Positions 39,084 to 51,184 of a DNA stretch of 64,000 nt are shown in pieces. Numbering within the stretch: position 1 is the stretch's first letter; the number at the start of each line of letters is the position of its first letter. This DNA comes from Paraspadella gotoi (taxonomy: Eukaryota > Animalia > Chaetognatha): assembly GCA_051294375.1 (NCBI GenBank), contig CM119263.1:6358932-6422931 (forward strand), read 5' to 3'. Position numbers and translations under genes: made by a program. The notes beneath the pieces were generated by a model, which was not told where the DNA came from, made no database searches, and worked only from the letters and a program-made list of their open reading frames with translations.

Positions 39084-40262
39084 AACGCGAATCCTTTTAA
39101 ATCTCGAGTTTCTCCGCGAGACGATTTATGACCAGTTTTTTTTCCTTTTTCGCCTCCGGGATCACAAAAGGGTATCGACAGGCGAGAGAGAGAAAGAGAG
39201 AGAGAAGGGAGGAGTAGAGGAGAGAGAGAGAGAGAGAGAAGAGGTAGAGAGAGAGACTAGACGAGAGAGAGAGAGACAGACAGACAGAGAAAGAGACAGA
39301 CAGACAGAATGACTGAAGGAAGGAAAAGAGAAGAAAAGAAACAAAATTATTTGGATAAAATGTTTAGATGTTAAAAGAGCTGAATCGTGAATACATGTAT
39401 CTAAATTAACTCACAATTTTTTGTTTCAAGTATCGAACGCAATGGTGAACATAGGCCGAAGAATTCGCGTGCACAACTGCAATTCCAATTGCAATTCGCC
39501 CGGAAGAAAGAAAAGGAAAGGGAAGAGGAGAATTCCTGATGACGTCATGTTTCGGCCTCCATCGAGGTCACGTGTCTACCCATTTTACGTCACAAAGATT
39601 GTCACGTGAGAAGGCTTGTCACGTGGTTAATTCTACGTGATATCGTCGGTCGTTTGTGACGGTTTATCGCATCCCGTGGGATTTATACATAAAATCGAGA
39701 GCCATGTGCGAATGATCGCCATGCGACTGTCTCGTTGAATGATTGGTGAGTCACCATGGTGACGCGACAAACAGGATTTAATTTTAAAGCGTCAGCAATG
39801 GTCAATGGGTATGGGACAAATTACTGCATTATCTCTATTTAAATTATTATTAAGTTACATTTTACGAGGCACAAAGTCACTCGATCTCAAAATACAGTCA
39901 CGCGCGCCGCCACTCGATTAGAGCGACACGTGACAACCGCGTTCCGCTCGAGTTTGGCGCGCGTGCGGGAGGAAGGAGCGAGGCGCGCCCCCGCAAATCG
40001 AAACGAGGCGCGAGGAGGCGGCGTTGGGGGGGTGAGGGGGTGGATACTGGGTAGGGAAGAACTAAAAGCGGAGGTGGAGGTGGACGAACTCACCGTACAG
40101 CGATCGAGGTCCCGAGAGGCTGAAAAGGGGGGGGGGAATTTAAGGACTGTAAACAGAAACAAACAACACAGACGCGCAGCCTACATGGGAGATCAAGGAG
40201 AAATAAACCAAAACAAACTACGGATCCGACGCACGCGCGATGAAAAACAAGCCCAATCAACG

Positions 40263-40298
<36 letters not shown>

Positions 40299-43200
40299 GA
40301 CATCCGTTAAAGAGAGTCGTTTTCGTCTCGAAAGAAAATATTTAATTAAAAAACTTTGTGAAGAATTTTAAACAACGAAGGATGATAGAATTGAGAGATG
40401 ACTTACACCTGACAAATAATAAGAAGAAAAAAATTTTAGTATATGATAAATAAACATGTGGTAACGCGTACATACGTTCTCGACAATCATTGACGAATCC
40501 CAGAAATGGTAATGATGAGTCGGACCATAGATCTGCCGATAGATCTGCCGATAAATCTGATTTGCTGACGGATTTGCCGATGGATATCCCCGTCCGTCTG
40601 TTTAACGATTCGCAGTTTCGAGGTCATCGTTGTTAACGACCGATGGACGATGGAGCTGTTGGGAGGGGGGGACAGAAGAGGAGGCTGAGAGGAGGGGCAA
40701 TGGGGAGAGGGTAGGCTGAGTGTTACTAGGGGACCAATGGGAACAAAGGAGTCGAGGGAAACGTGACGGAAGATGGCCCAAGTGAATCGCAAGGGAGATA
40801 GGCAAAGAGTTCAAACGGTGAGCGAGAAAGTAGGTTTGTTCCAAAAAAGAGTTAAAAGTGTGGTGATATAAGAGATAAGTGATGATGTAAAAATGTAAAA
40901 AGAAATGTCTTGACATATAATATGATATATTAAGAATGTAAGATCAGGATTAAGATTCGCTCTAATGAACCATTTAAGCCGTTCGTAATTGCAAAAGGTC
41001 GCAAAGGATACCAAATCAACGTTTAAGCGACGAAAATAAAAAAAAAAGGTTGATTCGGATCAGTCGCCGAAGCTCGCGGCTCCAAATGGGATTTCGGGCG
41101 GAGATAAAAAATGGAGGACGGAGGTCGTTACCGCGTTCGCTTCGTCTCCGTCTCCTCGTTGATCCCCCGCGTTTTAGTACGCTGAGTTTCGTCTTAAGAC
41201 CGCGTCTCCGTTTGTTTGCGGACATGACCGGTTTAGTCGTCGTCGTCGTCGTCGACTTGATCCGGTTACTATTACAATATCGTTAAGGGGAGAATAAACA
41301 GGGGAAGAAAATCGCAAACAGATCAACGAAAGTGTACGTAGGTATATTGTCGCGGAAGGAAAGAGCCAACGAGAAAAAGTGCCATTCTAAAAGCTTTTTT
41401 TATGCGTCCAGTGATTTACTTATGAAAGACTGAGGAATATATTCTTGGACTGAATCACGAATTTGCGGTCAAATCTGTGATGAGTCATCAAGATTTTTTT
41501 TTCCACTCGCTCCCTCGCTACATCCTTGATTTTCTTTTCCTCCTCCATCTACTATATTTATTGAATGCTTAATGCTATCATTAGATTTGCTTCATAATTT
41601 ACTTAGTTTTGTCTTGATAAGAAGATACGTCTAGAGATTAAATCGAGATCAAAACAGAAAAATATAAGTCGTTTTCAAAATTATGGTAAAAAAAAATATA
41701 TATACCTCATAATGGTTTAAAGTCTAAAAAAAAGAAACAACACAAAAAAATAAAGACAAACAAAAAGCTAATCTTTTCTCCCTTTAGAACTAAAATTATT
41801 TTCTTTTTTTTTTAGGTGGCCGTCTCGCAAAGATGTCTCCCTCTTCGTTGCGTCATCTGCCGGTCGAAAATCCTCAAGTTGAAACAGACGGCGCCACCGG
41901 CCGAAGCCGCCGCCGACGCCAAAGATAAGAACGGCGCCGGGAAAAAGGGAAAAAAGCCGGAAGCAGAGAGGAGATCGTCGAGCGTCAACAGCAATAAAGG
42001 GAAAGCGAAGACGCAGAAAGACCAAAAGTAAACTTGCTGTTGATGATTGATGAAGATGTTGATGATGATGATGATAATGATGATTATGATGATAATGATG
42101 TTGATGATGATAATGATTGATGATGAAGACGACGACTGATGATGATGATAATAATGATTGATGACGAAATGATATTGATGATGACAGATACACTAATTGT
42201 GATCGTTGACTTTTCAGCATACTGATTACTTAGGCTTTATAATCTACTTATAATATGTTCCTTGGCCTTGGATACAGATTTGGCCTTGGATACAGATTTG
42301 GCCTTGGATACAGATTTTAAAAAAGTCATTATTCTCGAATCTGGATTCCTTCGCAGAGACCCCTCAAGGGACTCCGTCGACGGCGCCAAATCCTCCAAGA
42401 GCAAAAAGAAGCGCAGCGCCTCGTCGACTTCCGGCGCCACCAGTCGCCTCCAAACCGGCGCAATATCCTGCCCCACCACCTCAGCCTCCGCCACTAATAC
42501 TCCGGCCAACCGGAAGTCGGCGTTGCCGAACGATCCCGCCGCCGCCGCTGCGGCCGCAGCAGGGAGGCCGACATGCTGCTGCCAGAAAAAATGCAAGGGG
42601 AAGAGGAAGAAGAGGGAGACGATGATGCAGGTGAAGAAAATGAATTTAAATTCGTTGAGAGTACCTTAAAAGAATTATTATTAGTTTTATTACTATTATT
42701 ATTTGCTTATTATTAATAAAAAGCTCGATGGAAACGATCCGGAGATTATCTTTCGCGGCAAAAAGACGCCTATCGTCATCGGGCGTCGCGAGCGAAGCGG
42801 TCGAGCCCAAGCTATTGACTCCAGCGGAAGGGCGGCAGGGATCGACTCCAGCAGCAGAGCCGCGGCGAACGATTCCAGCGGGAGGTCTTCAGGCTCCGAC
42901 TTAAATAAACGTGCTCAGGCCGGGGATGCAACTGGTGGTGGAGTAAAGTCCTTGGCGCCGCCGAAGACCCTGGAGCTCCCCGCCAGGGGTGAGTCGGAAT
43001 GGAAAAAAGAATCGAATCTACAATTGAAAATAAATAGGGGAATTGGTTCATTGAAAAACTTATACAAATTAGAGTCTCGANNNNNNNNNNAATTGAAAAA
43101 AAAATAGGGGAATTGGTTCATTGAAAAACTTATGCAAATTAGAGTCTCGAACGGAGACGGAAAGGTTAAAAACTACGTGATAAAATATAAAAGTAAAAAT

Positions 43201-44835
43201 ATAGAGACGATAACTTAACAGCATCGCAGGGAATCTCACGGAAAATATGTTTAAATCAACGACTACGAATTTTCTTTCGCAGATTCGAAACGTCGATCGC
43301 CAACGCCGACGAAATCTCGACTGCTTTCACCCCCGCCAACTCCTCTTATCAGCGTCACGCCCACAGAGGGTAAGCTCGTTGATTAGCGATCAATGAATTC
43401 ATAATAATCAATCAATCGAAAAATCAATCATTCGCAGGCGACTCCAAAAAAACTATGGCCTCCTCCGTTTCCAATTATTCCATCATCTCCAACGCGTCGA
43501 CGGCGTCCGGAGTCTCCGTCGCCACCGGCGCTGCCGCCGTCGCCCCTCGCGGCATGAAGTCCTCATCCTCCGTGGATTCCGGAATCTCCGGCTGCACCGC
43601 CGCGTCCGCGACCGGATCCGACTTTCACAAGCCGAAGCCGATCGAAGAGGAGGACGAGTCCGTCTCTCCCTTCCGGAAGAAGGCGGAGAAGAGTCATCGC
43701 AAGACGAAGAAAGGTGAAGGCGAACGACGAGCGGAGGTGGAGAAAGGTGGATGGTGGATGGTGGGCGGTGGGCGGCGACGCCGGGGGAAGGTATCGTCGA
43801 AAAGTTGGAAAGATGCTAAAGGAGAGAAGATGCAAGAAAGGCGAAGAAACAAAGGAGCGTCCGAGAAGGAAAAGAGGGAGATTTTGAATGAGGAAAATGA
43901 AGGGAGGACAAATTCTCGAGAGACAAAGATTAAGGAACAAAGTAAAACTAAAATCGTCATTCAGGTTGAGGTGGAAGGTTTAAGAGAAAAGAAAGATAAA
44001 GGAGAAAGATTCGCCGGTCGGACGAAAGTTACAAAAAATGAAGAGGTTCAGGGAACAAGGGAGACAAAAGGCAAAGTGAGACGACGCGTCATAGAATCGA
44101 AAGATAAAAGTAAGTGGGAAAGTTTAAAAGTCGGATCGAAGGCGCGTTCCGTTTTGGACGGTATTTCCTCGCTGTTTCCGACGCATTTGAGCGTGGCGAT
44201 CGCTTAAAGAATGATTTATAAGATCTGGCATCTTCATAGAATAAACCTCATTATTTTTTATACTTAAATTCTTAACATATAAAATAATAAATGATTTATT
44301 TTGATACCTTACATGAGCATTGAGCAAACACAAAAATCGTAAAATAGCTGCACCCTCCAATGTAGGCTTGCAAAGGGCTTGATTGTGTTTGTTTTGCAAA
44401 TAGGTAAATGTTTATATCGAGGAAGCACGCAAATGAATCTATTTTGTAAATGTTATTTTTAGATTAAATTTTTAATTTCTTAAACGTCACTTGTTTTTCG
44501 TCAAAGCGCTTCGAGTGCACATTATGATTATTATCACATTGTGTTTAATTCTGCCGCTTCTTCCTTATGCAGAATATCCAAAGGATCTTAAAAGATGCAC
44601 GCCCGCCGAAAAAACCCTCTACACTTACGATTTATCAAAGTTAACGGCGCAAGCCCGCGCGCACGCTCACAACGGGCAAAATCACGCGCACCTTCACAAT
44701 GGGCATCACCAGCACCATCTTTCGAGTTGTCCCGCCAATACTATTAATATTTGTCCCAAAAAATCGAACGCGGCTTCCGCCATGCTATCAAATACGGCGG
44801 AGAAAATTGGGAAAGTTACTAAAGCTATTGTATAA
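36212..44835 (+). CDS. C3HC4 RING-finger protein (putative E3 ubiquitin ligase) with N-terminal coiled coil and long Ser/Lys-rich tail; 565 aa from ATG 36291
   Basis: Exons 36212(ATG 36291)-36392, 36582-36707, 37128-37220, 41816-42027, 42357-42630, 42724-42988, 43283-43369, 43438-43713, 44573-44835; all GT..AG and phase-consistent (0,0,0,2,0,1,1,1). The spliced sequence CVVCCNAPSTMQTFPCGHKVVCRKCFVKTIQ|VAVSQRCLPLRCVICR gives C-x2-C-x11-C-x-H-x3-C-x2-C-x17-C-x2-C, a RING-HC pattern. The 5' end is uncertain. Confidence 0.88.
39540..39934. promoter_or_regulatory. Intronic cluster of GTCACGTG E-boxes, CRE and AP-1 sites (candidate enhancer or internal promoter)
   Basis: TGACGTCA 39540-39547; GTCACGTG 39567, 39601, 39618; CACGTGAC 39927; TTACGTCA 39585; ATTGG 39742; TGAGTCA 39747. 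Confidence 0.5.
42262..42315 (+). repeat. 18-bp perfect tandem repeat x3 (TTGGCCTTGGATACAGAT), intronic
   Basis: Three exact units in the RING gene intron 42028-42356, which also holds a (GAT)n tract at 42043-42183. Confidence 0.92.
43022..43150 (+). repeat. ~60-bp direct repeat flanking a 10-N gap (contig-end overlap)
   Basis: AATTGAAAA..AAATAGGGGAATTGGTTCATTGAAAAACTTATRCAAATTAGAGTCTCGA occurs on both sides of the gap at 43081-43090. Confidence 0.9.
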
Positions 44836-47661
44836 AATATATCGATTTAAGATTTTAATATATTATATTACTGGAACACAAACACCAATTTAAAGCAATA
44901 TGTAATATAAGTAGACATCACAGTGTTATGTTACTAATTCCGGAAAACTATGACTAATTATACAATGGTGTGAAATTTCTCGAGAATTATCGGGTCAATT
45001 CTAAAGAAAGAATTTTAGATGATATAAGTTCTAATCGGAATGAGATATTTGAGCGAAAATTTTCGGCTGTGACTCTCGTGTGAAGTCTTGTTAGTTCACT
45101 TTTTTTATTTTCCAAAAAGATTTAGTCATTTTGACTCCAGTCTAAATAAATGTCTCATCCGTTTTTCGTAAACTAAGCATTTTTTTCGGATAGCAATATC
45201 TATTTCATTTTCCAACTTGAACTACAATATAATCCGATATAAAGTTATTAATCATTTTATTATACCCATAGACCAGTCTTCTCGTAAAAGTTGAAATCCT
45301 TGTGTGTTTGTGTTTTAAGTATAAACTGTCCCATGAGTAAATTTGGCCCAAAAATTATCTTGTTATGTACGGTTTTTTAATGTTTTCAAATGATTATTAC
45401 TCGGCCATTATTGTGGTTGGCAGATCGCACCAGTCGATTGTGTCAAGGATCTTGCCCTTTAAAGTTTAAATTTTACTATTATTATGGGCAAGGTAAACCT
45501 GCTATGCTCAAATGTCCGAACTTGCACGTTGTTACCCGAATGTACTTTCCGCAATAGAATGTCTTTATGTATTGTTTTAAGTGTATGAATCAACTTTTGC
45601 TAATTCCTTGACCGATCGTGATTGTTATCAAGTGATATTTCATTTTATTTGAAACTTTTTTTAATTCATACCCATCTTTACTTTACGACAATTATCTCGG
45701 ATTAGAGAATAAGTGGTTGGTAATACTAAAATCTTTCTTTTAAAATATATTATCAAAACATAAAAGAAGCAAAACAATTGAATGTACTGAATATGAAACT
45801 GAAAAAAGTTATTTACTTTATAATAATGATAATGATATCAAAGAACAAAATAATGATGCTAATCATTCATCTGTTTTATCTTATTTGCATGTTCTTTCAA
45901 GTTTAAAATACCTATAATTATTGAAATATGGGAATTAGTAATTCTTTTATTTCAAATATCAAGATGAAATGACTATGTCATCAGTTAACTTTTTAAAGTG
46001 AGCGACAGTATTGCATGGAAATGACTGATTTTTAAATATGTTACTTAGTGCAGGTAAATTTTGGCCCCTTTATGAAGTGGAAATGTGAGATTATTTATGC
46101 GATGAATAAACACATGATAAAAAATTTTGTTTACAGTTTACCAACAAATTTATTACTATTAGTATTAGCTAGCAAGTTATGGAAATATGAATAGCTTTCA
46201 ATGAAATACAGGGTTGGGATTCAAAACTTAGATATTTGATAATAAGCGGAAACAGTTTCCCGCTTATCTAATCTATTTTTAGTATTATTTTTTTCTTTCT
46301 TTACTCCTTTTCTTTTCTTTCTTTTTTCTTTATTTTACACTTCTTCTCGGTTGCTCAGTGTAATGTACGACAATGAAAAAAATTAAACCTATATCAGAAA
46401 GAAAAAACATCAGTGATGAATTTGATGTAATTTAGAGGCCATAAAATAAAATTCAATAATAATTTGCAACTGAAATCTAATGGTAAATCCTATTCTAAAT
46501 TAAAAGAAGTATTGATTTTCATAATATAAGTTCTGCTTTTCTTATTTTAGAATAATAAGTATTGTGGTTAGATTTTTTCTTTTTTTTTCTTTAGACTTCA
46601 GTTCTTCTCCACAAGAGGTCGATTTAGTTAGAGCAAAAATTTCGAACAAAAGGACATTTTGAGGAAACAACAAACACTTTCACTTTTCTTTTGATATCTC
46701 GAACGATATCATTAAACTTCGTATATCATTAGTTTCATTTATCAGCGTCTTCCTCACGATCAAGATTTTGGTCGTTTTGTTTCCTATACCTTTTATTTCA
46801 CAATTGTGTTACATTTTCAGTCGATATATATATTTTTTAGCATTCTTCTATTTTTGTTTTCAAAAAAAAAAAAAAAAAAAAAAAAAACTTTCCAACTAAT
46901 TTTTCCGTGATAGTCCATTCCTGTGATTCTCCGTATTTGTTTTATACTTTAATGCCCATTTGGGCTACCACTCTACCTCATTTATTTTGTTTTTTCTTTC
47001 CAGAAAAAAAAGTAATAATAATAATTCAAGTAAACTCTCTCTTTGATTTCCACAACTTCCAGTTACTACGGAATACGGATGATATGATATGATATCGACT
47101 AACTCGTTTGATGTTCCTTCTTTTCAGTATAAAATGAGCTTTCACAGTTTTACTATTAGTAAATGAAAATTAAACATTCGGCCTGAATACGACTACGGAC
47201 GACAAATTTCATTGTTTCGTCGGAGTATAACTAAAAATTTTCATCTACCTTATCTATACTATATATACTCTACTGTTTTTTGAGTTGTTTATTTAGTTTT
47301 TTATGGATAAGGCGCTAAGTGGGCTGAAGATGACTCATTGCCTATCCGCAACTTCTATAACCCCCTCTTGCAGCCATGGAACGGGTCCTGGGCTTGGAAC
47401 CAGGATTAGGGGTTTTCCAGGCCCCCAAGGCGGTTTACAGTACCTAATGCAGTGGTCATGAGCTGATGGTATTACTATTACTCAATGAATAACCGGATAA
47501 TGACTGAAGGCTATCTTCTTATAGGTGGGGTGAACATTAGGGTGAAGTGAAATTTTGGAATCAAAATTTAGCAGTTATATCTTGAAAACTATCATATTAA
47601 TAAATACTAATCTGTAGTTATTTTTTTTTTATAAATATTGTAGCCCAGTCAGCTTATTTTG

Positions 47662-47902
47662 TATATAGTACTACCCTTATATAATGTCAAAATTGTAAAA
47701 TGGTTTTTTTTAATTCTGAGAACAGATTCAGATTCCTCGTTAAAAGTTGATAAAAAAATATAAATCTTTTTTAAAAATTGTTATTAATTAGGTTAAAATT
47801 ATACTTTCTTATGTTAACTTTTTGCAAGGAATCCAAATCCGATCTTAAAATTTTAAAATTAGCAATTTTAAATTTTAGCCTTTATATACTTAATACTATA
47901 TA
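47662..47902. mobile_element. Foldback / MITE-like element with ~90-bp imperfect terminal inverted repeats
   Basis: Left arm TATATAGTACTA...GAGAACAGATTCAGATTCCTCGTTAAAAGTTGATA versus reverse complement of the right arm TATATAGTATTA...AAGATCGGATTTGGATTCCTTGCAAAAAGTTAACATA. The ends are TA-rich. Confidence 0.55.
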
Positions 47903-48324
47903 TAAATATGTCGGTCAGAAATAAGGTTGATAAACTTTCGAACAAAAGACTCAAAATGTTTTAAATTTACATGTCAAACCGATTTTAATCACTCATGATA
48001 ATACCATTGTAGTCTCTTTTTGTTTTCCAGTGTTAACAATTCGTTTTGTGGATGTATAAATACTGGGCTACTTGATGGATGTTCGAAAAAAAACTTTAAA
48101 AGATGCCTTGTTGGGGCTTATGGATTCTGTTGCTATCCAGCATTATTGGAGGTATTTACGATATTGAATTTAGTTGTTTAACCGCGGATTAAAGCGTTTT
48201 CCATCAAATTACGTTAATCCTTTATCACCCATGTTAACGCTTAATAATTGCTGAGGCATTACACAATTCTTATCAATGAATCTATAAATACTAAAATCTT
48301 AAAAATTTTGAGCTTTAACTTATA

Positions 48325-48368
48325 TAGGGTAGTGGGGGTAATTCGGAAGAGGGGTATTTCGGAACACT
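48325..48368 (+). mobile_element. Possible solo terminus of a TA-targeting (Tc1/mariner-pogo-like) DNA transposon
   Basis: TA followed by GGGTAGTGGGGGTAATTCGGAAGAGGGGTATTTCGGAACAC, with a direct sub-terminal repeat GGGGTAWTTCGGAA in AT-rich surroundings. No partner end was found. Confidence 0.35.
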
Positions 48369-48646
48369 GATATTTAAAATTAAATAAAAACATTTTGTGC
48401 TAATCTTTTATGACTTTGTTGGTGCATTAAATATTTCACCAACTAGACTTTCCATAATTAAAGGTACAGCGTTCTGCAGTAATTTCAAAACTGCTCGTTA
48501 AATTTCGTCTTTAAGTAGTCGTTTTCAAGCCTCTGTCAGTCATATTTGACGTCATATGATTATTAAATATTAATATCTAATAAACGAGACTACTAATTTT
48601 AATTTATAGTACATAGCATTTCTATTTAAAAATCTATTTAAAAAAA

Positions 48647-48746
48647 TTGTATTCGGTCTTTCTTTTTGTTGTTTGCTTTAATTTAAGGAATGTAACGAAA
48701 ATTCGTTTTTGAACAACAATTTAATAAGTTTATAAGGACATGTTTC
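48647..48746 (-). mobile_element. Dispersed copy of the same pLTR-like repeat, truncated within the hammerhead at GAAACATGTC
   Basis: The reverse complement GAAACATGTCCTTATAAACTTATTAAATTGTTGTTCAAAAACGAATTTTCGTTACATTCCTTAAATT...ACAACAAAAAGAAAGACCGAATACAA aligns by eye to 57595-57697. Confidence 0.7.
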
Positions 48747-50245
48747 TTAAATTAAATTAAATTTAAAAAATTTTAAATTAAAAAAAAAATTAAAAAGTAC
48801 TTTAAAAAATCTATTTTAGCATTAAAAAATATATAAAGATAAAAAATATTCAAAAAAGAAATAATTAAAAAATAGGATAAAGAAAAAATAAAATTTTCAT
48901 TAAAGTATTTTAAAATTATATTCATGACATAAAGGTGCCCCTATAGACCTTTCCCCAGTATGTATCCCTATCAGAACATACAATTCTACATGGTAGTCTT
49001 ATCCCTATTGGTAAAAAAATCATATATAACGTTGGTCCCTCAAAAAATTATCCATTCCCACCCCTTTCTGTTCAGTCTCTTAGATATTATGATTTTTCAT
49101 TAATGACTTTCTAACAGAAATGATGTGTGATATCTATTAGAAAACTAGGACAGATAGTAATCTAACCTTGTGTTGTATAGATGCTCCCTCTATTTCCAGA
49201 AGACAACACTGACTTCCCCTTCCCAAATTGAATTATTAGATAAATAAAACATTTTTAAAAAATAAAGCAATATATGTTTGAATAAATAATATTGATTAAA
49301 TACTAAATCCTTCATAAAAATATTAAAATAGAAAAATGAAAAATAGTGAAACAAGTAATTTGCAAATTTTCATACAAAAGTTTTGAATAAAATATAACGC
49401 CTAAATGGGGTTAAAAAATTATTAGAGACAAAATTAAGATGAAATTAATACAAATCAATATGAATATATATATTTGGATAAGAAAAAAGGGATAATTTTT
49501 CAAAAATGAGGAGATTTATTTATTTTTTTGCGTTAAGAAATAAAAATAAAAATCATTGAATCATCGTAAAACCATCTAGTTTGAATGACAAATCGATTTC
49601 TTTTATTTTAGCTATAAGTATTACGTAATTGCCCATTGCCAAATGTGCCCAGACCTCTTCACTACAGCGCTATCGTGAAATTTTGTTCCTAATCCTCTGT
49701 TAAATTAGTCTAAAAAAATCGTACCCAGGCCAGACTGTTGCCTATTGAAAACCCAATTAAGCCGTAACCCTTGGTATAATAGGATATTAATATAATTAGC
49801 GGGTGATATGGTAGTAAAGAGCATAATTACATCAATTAGTATTATCTTTGCTATAATTTATTAATATATTCAGTATATATGTTGAATGTTGATGTATAAA
49901 ATATGAAAAACAACGGTTATTATCAATAATATTAATTTTCGAGCGTTATTCATCTTTGAGTCGCTCTTCGTCTTTGGTAATCTTTGTTCAATGTTCACAC
50001 AATAGCTTGATGAAAGTTGGTATAACAGGGTTGGTCCTATTGGTTCGAACCAACTCTCTACTGCATTATGCTCGGCGTGCCCCCCCCCCCAATTTTTCTA
50101 TTATGATTTGCCGCTCGGTTCTATTTACGCTGCGCATTTTCTCTCATTCCTAATTTCGGTCGGTCGTCGCGCCGTCACGCTGCCGCGATGTTATCGGGAT
50201 CATGATATCGTTGGGAAAACCAGAAAATTGGTCGGGGGAAACCGA

Positions 50246-50279
<34 letters not shown>

Positions 50280-50876
50280 CTCGTCCTCCTTTCGGCGCCC
50301 GACCGAGATTTCTCGCTCCGCTTTTCCTCCCGCTGAAAAATCGGGACGAAGATTGCGATGGCGGGATTCCCCCTTTTCTATGAGCTGCGCGACCGCGAGC
50401 GGTGGTCGCGGAACCCTCGTCGCCGCCGACAGCGACGACGACGAAAGGAACGACGCGGAAGCGACGACGACGACCGAGCCGACGATGAACGAAGGGGGGT
50501 TGCGTTGTGGGAAACGCCGCTCGCGCTGTCCTCGGCCGATGGCATCATGGAATCCTTACTCTTCCCTTCTCGGGCCGCGACGACGACGACGAAGGCTCCC
50601 GCATAATTTCGGTCGACGTCAAGCAGACGAGGGCGCTAATGTATGCCGAGGAATTCCCCGCGCATAGATGGCGGGAAGATGGCGACACGGATTTTTTTTT
50701 TATATTTTTAAACGACTCGCTGATTTTGCGCTGCCAACTAAACGCATACATAAAATCAGTGCTGCGCGATCAACCGGGTGGAGAGTGGGGAGGGGAGAAA
50801 ATAAAGTAATAAAAAAATTGTATTTTGCCGCCGATCACCTTTAATATCGATTACACCGTCGCGCTCTGTTTTTCAG

Positions 50877-51184
50877 CAAACGTTTTTGGTGATGACGATT
50901 GGTACATCGGCTGCTTCGGCGACCCGCGCCGAAGATCCATTGCTCAAACTACCCCCGACCAATTAAGTCCTCCGCACAGGTTATTTCTTTTCCCAATTTT
51001 GTCTTCCGAGTTATGGAGTAGTCGTATATATCACTCTATTAACACTCATCTGGATTTTCTCTTCAATACCTTTCAGCGAAAATGAACAAATTTTGGATCG
51101 CAGATCTTCAAATGCGAAAAGTTCATCTGAAAAGGCATGCAAATACGATGTAGCTGCATGCTGCCGTGTTTGTGGAAGTGATAG
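50877..51184 (+). CDS. Two internal exons of a candidate gene with WSC-domain-like motifs
   Basis: TTTCAG|50877-50979|GTTATT and TTTCAG|51077-51184|GTGAGT are open and phase-compatible (1->2->2). They encode ...DDDWYIGCFGDPRRR...KYDVAACCRVCGSD. YIGCFxD plus a later C-x3-C resembles the WSC consensus, with an unusually long spacer. Start and end are not resolved. Confidence 0.45.

Noticed and set aside
39536-39556. CTGATGA next to CATGTTTCG resembling hammerhead parts
   Set aside because: The two halves are on opposite strands and cannot form the core; the sequence is better explained as a CRE site.
42262-42315. Short direct repeats considered as a CRISPR-like array (also 33335-33490)
   Set aside because: The units are contiguous without unique spacers, the context is eukaryotic and there are no cas genes.
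43714-44207. Continuation of ORF 43455-44207 as a Lys/Glu-rich C-terminus
   Set aside because: A phase-1 donor at 43714 matches the acceptor at 44573, and the remainder is purine-rich low-complexity intron. Intron retention is not excluded but is unsupported.
47305-47470. CTGAAGA-T-GAC hammerhead-like start within a GGATAAGGC/GCCTATCC stem, plus a B-box-like GGTTCCAAGCCC on the minus strand
   Set aside because: No GTCGAAA half of the ribozyme follows, and no tRNA cloverleaf or A-box could be built; at most an unidentifiable repeat remnant.
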